Shown: in pieces, positions 1-11,239 of the stretch
How the letters are laid out: every line of letters begins with the position of its first letter
How positions within the stretch are numbered: the stretch's first letter is position 1
NCBI GenBank assembly: GCA_951406725.2
Contig: OX597843.1
Coordinates: 20,894,001-20,958,000 of the forward strand
Direction: 5' to 3'
Source of the DNA: Octopus vulgaris
Taxonomy: Eukaryota
DNA length: 64,000 bases
The notes under the pieces: generated by a model
The model's input: the letters and a program-made list of their open reading frames with translations, nothing else
What the model was told of the DNA's origin: nothing
Databases searched by the model: none
Program-made: the position numbers and the translations under genes

Positions 1-93
1 AATTTTCTGCTGCTTTAAATAAAGCATATTACTCTACCAATTGTATTTGAGAACTCTTTTTTCCACCTTGTTTCACATTAATGTGTTTACTCC

Positions 94-95
<2 letters not shown>

Positions 96-178
<83 letters not shown>
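96..178. repeat. (TA)n microsatellite
   Basis: Pure TA run; explains the YIYIYI ORF at 41-400. Confidence 0.98.
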
Positions 179-184
<6 letters not shown>

Positions 185-599
185 ATATGTATGTATTGTA
201 CGCTCAAGTGGTCACACCTGTTTTATCCTGTTTTAAACACCTACATATTGGACTCACTACTGCCTGAACTTTCTGCACCTCTCCGATTCTACACCTCTCC
301 GATTGCCACTGGATATAATTATGGATCTCACGGGACACATCTGTTAATGAAAAGTCCCTCCAATACACTACAACTTTTAATCCTTTTTCAACTTCTGTGA
401 TTTCCTCATTTTCTTTACTTTTGAAGATCGTAGGGCCGAAACATAAAGCTCTTTCTCACTTTTCGGAGTGTCAAACTAATACACACCTTGTTCATATATC
501 TGTGTTCGTCTTTTGTTTTTCTGCAAATTTCAACTATGTATATATATATATATATATGTCTATAGATATATATATATATATAAATACAGTGTACATTTA

Positions 600-870
600 A
601 ACACATAAGAGGTATCCGTCATCCGTTCATTGCACGCTAGAAGGAACAGCTAAAATCCAAACCGCTATTAGGGATAATCATCGAAGGGAATGAAAATTAT
701 AAAACATTTACCTCTGTCTCCTAGACAACGGATTGAGACATTTTTTTAGCAAATATACTTATTTGCTAGGCGAAGTCTTCACCAGCAGGTACGCCTATAT
801 TAAAACATATAAGCATGAGGCAATCCAACATTGCCTCTTATGTGATACCTCTTATGTGTTTAATTATGTT
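600..870 (-). mobile_element. Penelope-like pseudo-LTR remnant with degenerate hammerhead
   Basis: Same layout as the 28091-28604 element (gaa..aacagc.aaa ... acatttacc). Minus strand has CTGGTGA followed by the hairpin tagcaaata-N4-tatttgcta (747-768); GAAA is lost. Confidence 0.45.
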
Positions 871-1026
871 TAAATGTGTTTAAACACATACGACGAATAC
901 CTCTTATGAGTTTGAATGTACACTGCATTTATATGATTAATATATAGGCTATTGACAATATTTTTACACATTAGGCCACTGGTAGTACAGATTCTAAGCT
1001 TTTTTATTACCCTGTTATTGTTAATT

Positions 1027-1091
<65 letters not shown>

Positions 1092-1107
1092 CAGATTGAT
1101 AGATAGA
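1027..1107. repeat. (TAGA)n microsatellite
   Basis: Visible tetranucleotide run directly abutting the 3' end of the Tx1-like LINE. Confidence 0.97.
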
Positions 1108-1108
1108 C

Positions 1109-2246
1109 ATGTTTCTTTACAAGCCACAAAGAGCTGCACACAGACGGGAAAGATTACAATGTAGAGCTTTTCTTTTTTTAGGAAATAAAAGGTGGGGTAG
1201 GTATTCGATAAAAAGAGATCGTAAAAGGGAAAGAAGAAGTTGAAAAAAGGAAAAGAAACAAAAGAAAAAAAACGAGTAGGGATCGTGTATCACAGTGTCA
1301 TGATGTATGGTGTAAAGGGGGAAGCAGATAAGGTTTAACCGTGGGAAGAAAAGCCCACGGAAAGACCACGGTAACCTCGGTCAATATTGTTACATGTTAC
1401 CACATTTGTTTTCAAGTAACCCTCTGTTTTAAATTTCCGGTTTCATAGGATTATGCTCAAGCTGGCTTCGTCATTCATTCGTGCCATCCTTGCTACATTC
1501 ACCCATCTTTTTTAAAACATTCGCTAGACAAAACTTGCCTCTCTGCTCTCACTTCCTTTTCAAGTGATACTTGAAAATGTTAATGAGAGATTGACCAGAG
1601 AGGAAAGTGTTTGTCTCTAATCCTTTCAGACGCGTCCACCAGATACATTCTTTCGCCATATGATGAAAATAGCTCTTCCTTCCTGTTTGAAGGACGGAGG
1701 CGTGACAATATTGACAATAGACTCGGCTGTTAAACCGACTCGTCCCACACGGGACAGCAGTTGTTCGACATAAGCCCACAAGTCGGTAATGGTTGGACAC
1801 TGCACGAAAGCGAGCAAAACGGTATCGTTGCTCTGACCCCATCTCGGGCTGGTCGTCCTCGTGTTCCTCGAGCCGTGTCTATAGAGCTTATCCTGAAGAG
1901 GTAGCGCTTCTCGGTAGCACTGCCAGGCCAAAGATCTCTGGATGTTGTCAATGGGCCCTGGCCCGAAAGTCGTCCTGAACATGCGGATCAGGTATTCCTC
2001 GTCAAAGTCAAGGTTGGCCCCGAGCTCGTCGTCGTACCTCACCTCCACTAATCCCCTATAGAATGCTTGGGTTGTGTTGAAGTCCCTCATGTTCGATCCG
2101 GGACGGCGGAGTTGCTTGAGAGCAACGTGACACGCGCGGTGCCATTCGCCCTTCCTCGGCCTCTTTTTGATCCACGACTACACCTGTTCACCGTCGTCTA
2201 CGTAGAGCCTGAGATATATCAGTCTCAGCGCGTGTCTGCGCATCAT
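1109..2246 (-). mobile_element. Tx1/L1-clade LINE, 3' part of ORF2 plus 3' UTR (pseudogenised)
   Basis: ORF 1626-2090 has the zf-RVT-like tail (SLAWQCYREALPLQDKLYRHG, decayed CxxC..HxxxxC). Near-identical to 35070-35945, which continues into an L1-type RT. Confidence 0.85.
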
Positions 2247-2309
2247 CGTCTATCGTCCATGGTGGAGAAAGTGTCAGCAGATGTTCACCATTACCTTTGG
2301 CCGGAGCCA

Positions 2310-2420
2310 CGTTGAGCTGAGGTGTTCAGCTCATAAACAAACATCTCATAATCTGAGATTCGAAACCGCGATCCCTCGAGCGCGAGACTGCTGCTCTAAC
2401 CACTAGAACTTGTGCCTCTC
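2310..2420 (-). mobile_element. tRNA-derived SINE head (Arg-like)
   Basis: Minus strand reads ctagtggttagagcagc...ggtttcgaatctc, matching pol III A and B boxes. Paralog at 38130-38240. Confidence 0.75.
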
Positions 2421-2447
2421 TCTCTATATATATATGCTCGTGTGCCT

Positions 2448-2500
<53 letters not shown>

Positions 2501-2569
2501 CGTATTTTTGCCATTTCAATATGGCTAACCCCTAAGGGTGGATGCTACTGTAGTTTTTATATATATATT

Positions 2570-3950
2570 GCTCGTGTTTTCCGTGTTGAAGTTAAACCCA
2601 CCTCTGGCCTTGTATTGAAATCTTCTATATTCCCTCTACCAACTGTTACCAATTAAGATGTTATATCTGATTCGGCAGGGATTTTATCCGCTTAACGCTT
2701 TCGACATATTCCTCCATACCGGACCGTCTGAAATCGCAGTGAGACGTTTGGGTGTACTTCGACACATTGAGAGTGATGTCTGTTTATTTCTTTCCACTTA
2801 ATGTCTCTCTCGGTACAAAATTGATCAGCGTGTCCACTCTCAGCAAAATCCGAAGAAAAGTGGTAAGGTTATGTCATAAAATAGAATCCATTTGACCATT
2901 TACATGAAAATATTCCATTGCCATTTAAATCTCAATACATCTTATAAATAATCGACGTTTCATATGTCGAAGTGCTTAATTTTACTCACTGTTCAATTTT
3001 CTTCAAAATCAGTTCATTATTTTATTGTGAATGATTTTGACGATTGCTGCCTTTCATCATTTTAATTTTAATTCTACTTCATGACTCCGGCCATAAATTT
3101 TACCTAAAAGTCAAAGTTTATCAAAATCGGATGAATTGTGTAAAAGTTACAGCATAATATACTAATCCTATGGGTAACTGCATACAAAAAGCCTATTGAT
3201 ATTTTAAAAGTCTCTCTCTCACACGCAGTTATCGATTTTTGTCAACTCTTAATGCTGATATCAACTAATGGACATGAACTGTAATCACGTGTAAAATTCC
3301 TACAAAATCGTTAAGAATGTCTGTAAAGAAATGCTTATGTACATTTGTACCCTTTTCAAGCTCTTTTGAATTAAATACATACATTTCCCATATCCCCCAC
3401 CAATCATTTACCTACACTTCATATTTCATTAAAATCGGATGAAAAATATGTAATTTACGGCCAAAAATAAAACCCCTATGGGTATTTGGACGCAAAACGT
3501 CTATTGATTCTATAAAACCACTGCTCCGGCCCAATTACCAATTTTTTTCTCAACGTCATATACTGAAATCAACTCACTGCCATGAGCCTTGCTCACTCAT
3601 CGATTTTCATTGAAATTGGACAAAAAATGCAAAAGCTGCTGGGAAAAAAACATCGTTATGGGAATATGCGAGGTTAATGAACACAATTTTAAAATGTCGC
3701 CATTGTTTTCAAATTACGTTTCACATTTTGTTTGAAAAAATGTGTGGATTACAATGGTGATCACCGATTTCCAAAATTTTTCATTCAAAACTTTTGTTAA
3801 TGCGTCGTTCAAAAGCATTGCCCAAAATCGGTACCGATTGGGATTGGGGATTTGAAAAAAATGAAAACACATTCAAACAATTTTTAAAGAGCTTCCTGCC
3901 ATCATTTCAAACGTTGAGGTGAAAAAAAATTTGAAAATCATCATCAGAAC
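2570..3950. repeat. Non-coding interspersed repeat with internal subrepeats (probable non-autonomous DNA transposon)
   Basis: Recurrent motif ttcat(c/t)aaaatcggatgaa...cctatggg. Copies at 38300-39585 and 52965-54140. No ORF. Confidence 0.7.
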
Positions 3951-3953
3951 GAG

Positions 3954-3989
3954 TGCAGGAGTGGCTCTGTGGTAAGTAGCTTGCTTACC
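3954..3989 (+). mobile_element. 5' head of a tRNA-derived SINE, split from its body at 7394
   Basis: gcaggagtggctctgtggtaagtagcttgcttacc matches the start of the uninterrupted SINE head at 52630. Confidence 0.8.
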
Positions 3990-6010
3990 TCATTGAGAAC
4001 GTGCGAAGCTGTAAAGACGTGTTTTTGAAGCCGTCTTAAATTGAATATTTTTGAAACTCAGCTGTAAGGTAAGACATCTTTGGGGGTCTAGTGGGGGCCT
4101 GTTGTCTGCCACAATTATTGTTTACAAACAAGACGTCCTCACTGGATTCTAGTCTACCTGTAGCTGAGTGAATATTTTTTCACTTAACTGTGAAAATTAT
4201 TGTTTTTGTGGGCGTATCCTACCGCAAAATTTTGTTTGAGAATCGTGTTTGTCCAGGAATAACACTGCGAATTTTTCAGAAAAAATTTCAACAATATTGT
4301 TCCTGTAAGGATTACCTATGAGAAGAAAATTGGAATGATTTGCGTTAAAATTTTGACCTGGAGTACCGAGTGGCCTTTGCTGTGTTTTGAACTACTGCTC
4401 TCTTTTCACCCCTCTTTTATTTAAAAAACGACTCTTTATTAATTTTTTCTTTTTTGTTTGAACTTTTTTCTCTTCCTTCTTTTTCCTTAATTATTTTGTA
4501 TTTTATGAGGTGTTTTTTGGACTTTTTTTAAAAAGAAACATGGCAAAGAACAATGGAAATTTGGTGGAGTGGGAATTTATACCACCCAAAAGATGATTAA
4601 AAGAACTTGAAAGTAAGACGGTGGTTTTGAGGACCTACTCTAGGATCCTCGACGCCATTGCCAATTTCAAAAAATATAATCGAAAGAGAGATGGCAGAAT
4701 TTAAGCCAGCTATTAAGTTTATCACTCGGAGGGTCAAATATGCAACCGTGTGGTTGCTGTTTGACTCCCCAGAAATGGATTGGGAATTTGCGAGCCAGCT
4801 CCTGGAAGGCAAGGACATTTTGTTTCTTCCCGCTTATTGTGGGAAGAAGTTGACGAGGGCTTGGGTTTGCGGCTTTCCACCCGGTGCTGAGCCCGAGTGG
4901 ATAGGAGATACTATCCGCCGGGGTCTTCGCGGCGCTAGCACCAAGCTCTTCAATGTAAATATTCTGCCTGCAGCTGACTGGGAGATGTCAAATGCCGTTT
5001 TGACCCTCTAGATCCAGTCAGCCGAAAGTCTGGTATTTCCAGACTTTTTAAGAATAGGCGGGTCGAAGAATCCGGTGATGCTTGAAGGGGCCCCCCCCCC
5101 AAGTGTCATCGGTGCCTGGAGCCTGGCCATATAAAGAAAGAACTGTCCTCAACGGCAAAGCAAAGTCCTGGAGCGGTTGACGGAGACCTCTGTAGAAGAA
5201 GGAATGAAGGCGGCCGAGGAGACAGAGGATGCCTCAAAGAAGAGCCGCAAAAGGAAGAAGGTGAGTAATAATGGGTGCTCACCGAAGGATTCTGGGAATG
5301 AGGGAAGGGAAGCACATGTCCTGGTCACGGAGGGGATGTACCCTCCCACAGTCAAAAGGAAAAAAGAGGAAGAGGAGAAACGGGATATTGCTGACAATCG
5401 GAGCCATGGAGCCTCATCGGTGGGTGGAGTGGGGGTCGTTCCACTGGTGGGGGTTGGCTTAGACACAATTGGTAAGAAGTGTGCCGCCAACGGTAGAATT
5501 GATTATCTCGGACCCGGAGGAGGAAGAACTGCTGGTCTTCTGTTATAGAGGGGGAGTTGTGGAAAAGGTAATAGAAGAACACTACAAGGGTTTACCTTTG
5601 GCCTTCGCACGGTAACCCGAATGACCTCCGCAGATAGCTGTGGAGTTCATAACGTGGCGCATGTTACATAGTCTGGGGGGACTAAAAGAGGAATATCGCT
5701 CGTGGCCGGGTGACGCCAACTTTGAGCATACCTTGATTTTAAAGCAAGCATGGGCTATGGTGCAGTACACGTACACAAGCGATGATGAGGATTGACAAGA
5801 GGTTGAAAAGCCTCAGTGTTATAATGTGTAAGAAGCTCAGTGCCTCATTTGTAAATGGACTAGTGTTGATTGTATATTGAATATTTTATTGTATATTATT
5901 GTATATTATTGTATGTTATTACTTGTTATGGACTATTAAGTCCAATAATTGTAAAAACTGTAGTGAGAGGTTCAATACCTCGTTATTTTTCTGTTGGGAA
6001 AAAAAGAAGA
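3990..6010 (+). mobile_element. ORF1 (Gag-like, CCHC knuckle)-only retroelement, L1/Tx1-like, disrupted
   Basis: Broken ORF about 4540-5795 with knuckle CHRCLEPGH (intact CYRCLEPGHIKSNC in the paralog at 40420-40830) and a Lys/Glu-rich region. A short UTR and A-rich end follow; no ORF2. Confidence 0.7.
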
Positions 6011-7393
6011 ATGTTTTAGAGAACCAGAACCAGATAAAGTCACGTGTTCTTGTTATCTTATTCCGATTGATAGGTTTATCCGAGTATATAAAGGGTTTTG
6101 AAAGTGCATACGGGTGTTGATATCGGCAGGCAGAAACAGGGTTAGTGTCAAGGGTCACCGAGTGGGGAGATTGTTTGTTAGATCATATACTACTTTAAAA
6201 TTTGGGAGAGTAGTAGTACGATGGGTTATGCGGGATATTTTTCGTTTCATCTGGAGGACGGGTGTATCCTTGGTTCCGTGTTTAGTGATGGGAGGCTTGT
6301 CCCACATGGATATATTCGATCAAATTCGTATGATCGTCGCGTTGTAGAGCGCAATTATAATATTCAGCGTATTGTTCGAATATTTCCTTACTGGCGGACG
6401 GTGATGAAATCCGTTTTGATACGATATCTACGATAGAGTTTAGGACAACCGGCGTTGTGGTTGGAGGAAAAGTTGACGTAGTTGAGGTTCTCCTCATGTT
6501 CATGACATGGGTAGAAAATTTGGCTTTGTAGATCTAGGGTGACATCTAGGAAATTAGAAGTTTTAAGGCTGCTACAAAAAGTGATGCAGAGGCCCACCTT
6601 TTTCAAAAGATATCTTAGTCTTTTTCTAATCTGTTCAATTCGGCGCTTGCGAGAATCCCGAATGTCTCTATTGGCCCAGAATTACCCAGTTTTATCATAT
6701 GTCGACGGGCGGCCAAGATGATATCAATATCGTCACAAGAGAGGTTAGATCGTATCATTGCAAACATGATGACTTTGTTGAGAAGGATAGGGGATACACT
6801 AGAGTAATTTGGTCTATGTCGATCTGGATGAATTTAAAAGTATGTTTAGGGCTTTAGGAATTAAACGACTGGACGGCTTGAGTAATTTCAGTCCATAGGT
6901 GTAGTGTGTACGTTGGATGCAGTTGGGGGTATAATCCTGTCTGATGAAATCTTGCTAATCTTACCTATATCTGAACTGAAGGGGCAAATGAGGCGAACGG
7001 AAGGGTTCTCGGCAAATTTTATTTTATGGTCTTCTACGTTAATATGAAGTGAGCGAGTTAAGGAACGTCCGGTCCTATCTTCTAATGCGCGTTTAAAAAC
7101 GAGATCACGATTCTTGATGTAAATGTCTGTTAGAACGGAGACTGGTACAATACGGTATCATTTATGTAGTTATTTGTGTATTAGCTCTCGGTATTTATCT
7201 AGAGGAGTATTATAAATTTGCCGGGTTTGACGGCTTGGAAGAGAATTTCAGAGTATTTTTGAAGACTCTTGAGGATATTATTGATTTTAGTTAGGTGGGG
7301 TTTTATTGTTATTTTTCTAGGTTGAAAATTGATGTTCTAAATCAGATTGGTAAGATGTTGCTCGAAATTATCTAGGTCACGCTTAGGAGGTGC
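6011..7393 (-). mobile_element. Penelope-like element fragment (RT, internally deleted)
   Basis: NFLDVTLDL and YVNFSSNH thumb motifs in ORF 6388-6606. Paralog at 12640-13826. Confidence 0.85.
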
Positions 7394-7527
7394 CTTGTTT
7401 ACCAACCACCTGTCTCCGGGTTCAGTCCCACTGCGTGCCACCTCGTGCAATTGTCTTCTACTATAGCCTCGGGCCGAGCAATGCCTTGTGAGTGGATTTG
7501 GTAGACGGAAACTGAAAGAAGCCCTTC

Positions 7528-7573
<46 letters not shown>

Positions 7574-7802
7574 GCGTTTGTGTTTGTGTGTCTGTGTTTG
7601 TCCCCCTAGCATTGCTTGACAACCGATGCTGGTGTTTTTATGTCCCCGTAACCTAGCGGTTCGGCAAAAGAAACCGTTAGAATAAGTACTGGGCTTACAA
7701 AAGAATAAGTCCCGGGGTCGAGTTGCTCGATCAAAGGCGGTGCTCCAGCATGGCCGCAGTCAAATGACTGAAACAAGTAAAAGAGTAAAAGAGAAAAGAG
7801 TA
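7394..7802 (+). mobile_element. tRNA-derived SINE body and tail with internal (TA)n
   Basis: B box gggttcagtccc; tail ccagcatggccgcagtcaaatgactgaaacaagtaaaagag shared with 23840-23972 and 55543-55977. Confidence 0.9.
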
Positions 7803-9132
7803 TAACAAAAGAGGCGTTGTATTTCCATGCAGAAAAGTATATAAGAAAATTTTTTGTTGAAAATGCCCCTAAATTTGAAAAAACATGTAATTGTTTTTAA
7901 ATAAATATATTTATATAAAATGGCGGCGCCCCAGCATGGCCACAGCTCGTGAGCTGAAACTAGATAATATAAAATAAAACAAATAAAAACAATATACCTA
8001 CCAAACTAGTTTCAACAATATTTTTTGTTTATCAATGGTAAAAATTTAAAATTATGAATTAGAAAAACATGTTTTTATGTTTATAAGTTTCGGTGAAATG
8101 AAGTATGATTTTAAATGTTCATAAATTTCAATAATATATAAAAAATGTGGATCATTTTGCTGAAATGCACAACATTCAATAGTGTTAGTAGTGATCGATA
8201 AGAAACGTGGGGTATCAAAGTTTCGGCCATACTGAGTTAAGGGGGAGAAAAACAAGGGAGAAATGAAGATAGTGAAAAAAGGGTTTTTGTTTACAGTTTC
8301 TGTGATTCTCTTACCGACATGTGCAAGATCTTTTGCTTGTAAAGGCGTTTTTTGGAATCCGGTGTATTTACGATTTTTTCCGTGAACGGATCTGATATTT
8401 GTTGATGTCTTATTTTTCTGGTGGTCAAGATTTTCATTCTGCCTGGTTGGCTTACCTGTGGGGAACGGTCATCAGCCATTCCAGTTGCTTGATTCTCTTA
8501 AAGGGTAATTTTGTTGTATTTGCTGAAGTTCGATTTTGATTGTAAGTCAAATTTCATTGTTCTGGAGTTAGGTGACGTCAGCAACTGGTATGTGTATGGT
8601 GATATTGTGTGGCGATTCGGATTTGCGATTTCGAAACCCGCGTGGAAATCTGTTACTAAAGCGTTTTGAATATCTGTTGTTGTATCTCGTTTGTTTTTTC
8701 TTTGTGGAGAAATTGTGTCTCTTTCATTTTTCGCTTTCGTGTTTGAACAGAGGTGAATAAGAGGGAATGAATTAAACGATATTCTTTATTCCATAATACT
8801 ACAATTGTTACTACATGATTTCACAACCATTGTACATGGTTCAGATGATGTAATTAATAAATTTTGTAATGCTTACCATCTATCAGAGGTGTAAAATATG
8901 CTTTTCAGGTGAGTATTTCAATAAGTCCTACGTTCCACCTTTAAGGAATTGTAGTGATGACACACGATGTAAATTATATGATCTCATCAAGAACTACGGA
9001 TGTGATGTGTAGACACAATTGCATTGATATAGAATAAAGAAAGTCGCTGAAACCATTCTCTTATTCTTCATTAGGTATATATGTATATATGCAAGTATGT
9101 ATGTATGTAGCAATATTCTCTCTTTTACTTGT

Positions 9133-10796
9133 GTCGTGTGGACGCCCCCAGACGATGAAGTAGGCTAGCTCAATACGTAGATATAGAGGGAGAAGTCTAG
9201 ACGTCGAAGTAGAGTCGAGTTGAGTAGAGAAGTTTGTAGTCGATAGGTGTTGTTTTTGAGGTCGAGTTGTTGAAGTTGAGTTGTATTTGTGAGTGGAACG
9301 TGAATTTATTGTTGGTTGTTGCTGTTGTTGATACCGTTGTTAATATCGTTAAAGTTTTGTTGAGTTGATTTTTCCCATTGAGGAAAATGGAGAAGGCGCC
9401 AGCGGGGGCTACTGGAGGAGAAGCGGGGAGAGAAGCATTGGAGACTTTTAAAGTAGAGGTCGAGGCCAGGAGGATGAAGGCTGGCGAGAGGCTGCTGAGT
9501 GGGGAAGGCGAGATGAAATTGACACCACCCGGGGAGCTGGTGAACAGCGTTATGAGGAAGACAGTGACATACAGGACTGTGAGGGTCGCTACAGGAAGGA
9601 TCGAGATGGCGACTGTGGTGGGGATCGAGAGGATGTTTGAAGGCATGAAAGGATGATAACCTTCGGAACAGGATACAGGGAGTATGCAACTGTGAATGTG
9701 AGTTTCACATCGGAGGAGGAAGCGATGAGGCATGCTACGGAGGCGGTCCGCTCAGAAGAATGGATTCTTCTGGCATCCTGTTGCGGCGGACGTGTGGTGA
9801 GGGTTTGGGTGAGCCAGATGCCCCCTGAGCTGGAGGAGGCATGGCTGATGACGGCCATTGTGTACAACATGGATGACGAGGCTGAAATATTGAGGGCCAC
9901 CAGAGCAAACAAGCTGCTGGGGCTGTGGGTTGGAACTAACAATCCAGGCTAAAGTGGAGGACTTGAACGGAATGGCAGAGGAAATAGTGTTGCACTGGGA
10001 GTGAAGGTGGAAGGCAGGCCGCTTGTGTGTTTCGAGTGTGGCGAGGAGGGACACATGAAGGCGAGATACCCACGGAGGGAGCAGAGAGAAACTGAAGAGG
10101 GTGTCGAGCAGGCATTGACAGTAGAGAATAATGAGAAAACAGCCGAAGAAGAATTCACGTTAGTGGAAAGAAAAAGGAGGAGCGGTAGGGTAAGCCCGCC
10201 ACAGACTTACCAGAAAAAGAAGAAAGAAGAGGTGGGAAGGAAAGAGATAACGAGAAAGAAAGATGATAAAAGTGAGGCGGAAAAGGAAAGTGAAAAAATA
10301 ATTAAGGTGTGTGACAATGAGTCAGAGAAGGAGGAAGTAAGTATGAAGATGACAGGTGAATTGACGGAAGATTCAGGAACTCAACTACAAGAGAGTGAGA
10401 TAGAGAAACTGAAGACAGAGAAAGAGAAGGTCTCAGACTCAGAGAAGTGTATAGAGGAACCTGTAATAAGAAAAGTAGTAAAAGAAGAAAGGAGAAGACC
10501 GAAAGGGGTAAGAACAAATGGAATTTTGTGACGTATTCTAAGAACAAGGAAGTGGAGAAACAAATCGTAAAGTTCATAAGGGTAAAGTTGTCCAACAACG
10601 TGTACCAAGAGAGTGTGAAGGTCATTGTGGTCGATACGGAAACCTATAAGAAACTTAGAGATATGTGCGGGGATTGAATTGACCCGGCCAGAGCGTTGAT
10701 GGAGTTCAACGTGCTGCCCCCAGAAATTGATCTGTTAGAACTGGAGCCGTATATGTGACGTTAACGGTGAAAAAAAGGAAAAAAAGAAAGGAAAAC
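9133..10796 (+). mobile_element. Second ORF1 (Gag-like)-only retroelement with A-rich tail, disrupted
   Basis: Broken ORF about 9388-10757 with knuckle VCFECGEEGHMKARYP and a KE-rich region. Stop codon lies about 12 nt before an A-rich tail. Absent from the paralogous block. Confidence 0.7.
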
Positions 10797-11127
10797 GTTT
10801 CATATTTGTGTTTTATTTCGCAAGTCGACTTTTCCGAAGGAAATGAAGTTATAACTCAGGTAGTATAAGTTACTTTTATTAAACGTAACTCGGCCGGGAA
10901 CTTTATGATACCACTTTGTATATATACGACAAGTTTCTAAGTTACCCTGTAACCAATTAACTAACATACACGGGTTTGTTCGGTTGAAGACCAGAGTACA
11001 CGCAGAGGGACAGAATACAGAAACAAAACTGCTATCACACAGCCATACCAACGTCTAAGCTTATACTCACACATACACACACACATACTCACACATGAGG
11101 GAAATGGAAAATTGATTTTACAAGATT

Positions 11128-11239
11128 CGTCAATCACTACGGCCGTTTCAGCCCGTCTTCAATCGGCCACTCACGGATGAGATAATGGTCCATTGTCCGC
11201 GGTGCATCTGTCTGTGCAGATGTTTTTCGTCAGTTGACG
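11128..11239 (-). ncRNA. Degenerate type I hammerhead ribozyme (PLE type)
   Basis: Minus strand: cgtcaa-CTGACGA ... GAAAC-GGCC-GTA-gtga-ttgacg, with the palindromic stem III loop typical of PLE hammerheads. Confidence 0.55.

Noticed and set aside
41-1139. ORFs rich in YI, IYLS, M or L repeats (also 27426-27979, 55511-56059)
   Set aside because: Translations of microsatellites, not genes.
2570-3950. CRISPR-like array
   Set aside because: Subrepeats are degenerate and irregularly spaced, with no unique spacers or cas genes, in a eukaryotic context.
8795-8890. Hammerhead remnant (CTGATAGATGG..GAAATCATGTA, minus strand)
   Set aside because: Core has an insertion and stems are broken; at most a dead PLE relic.
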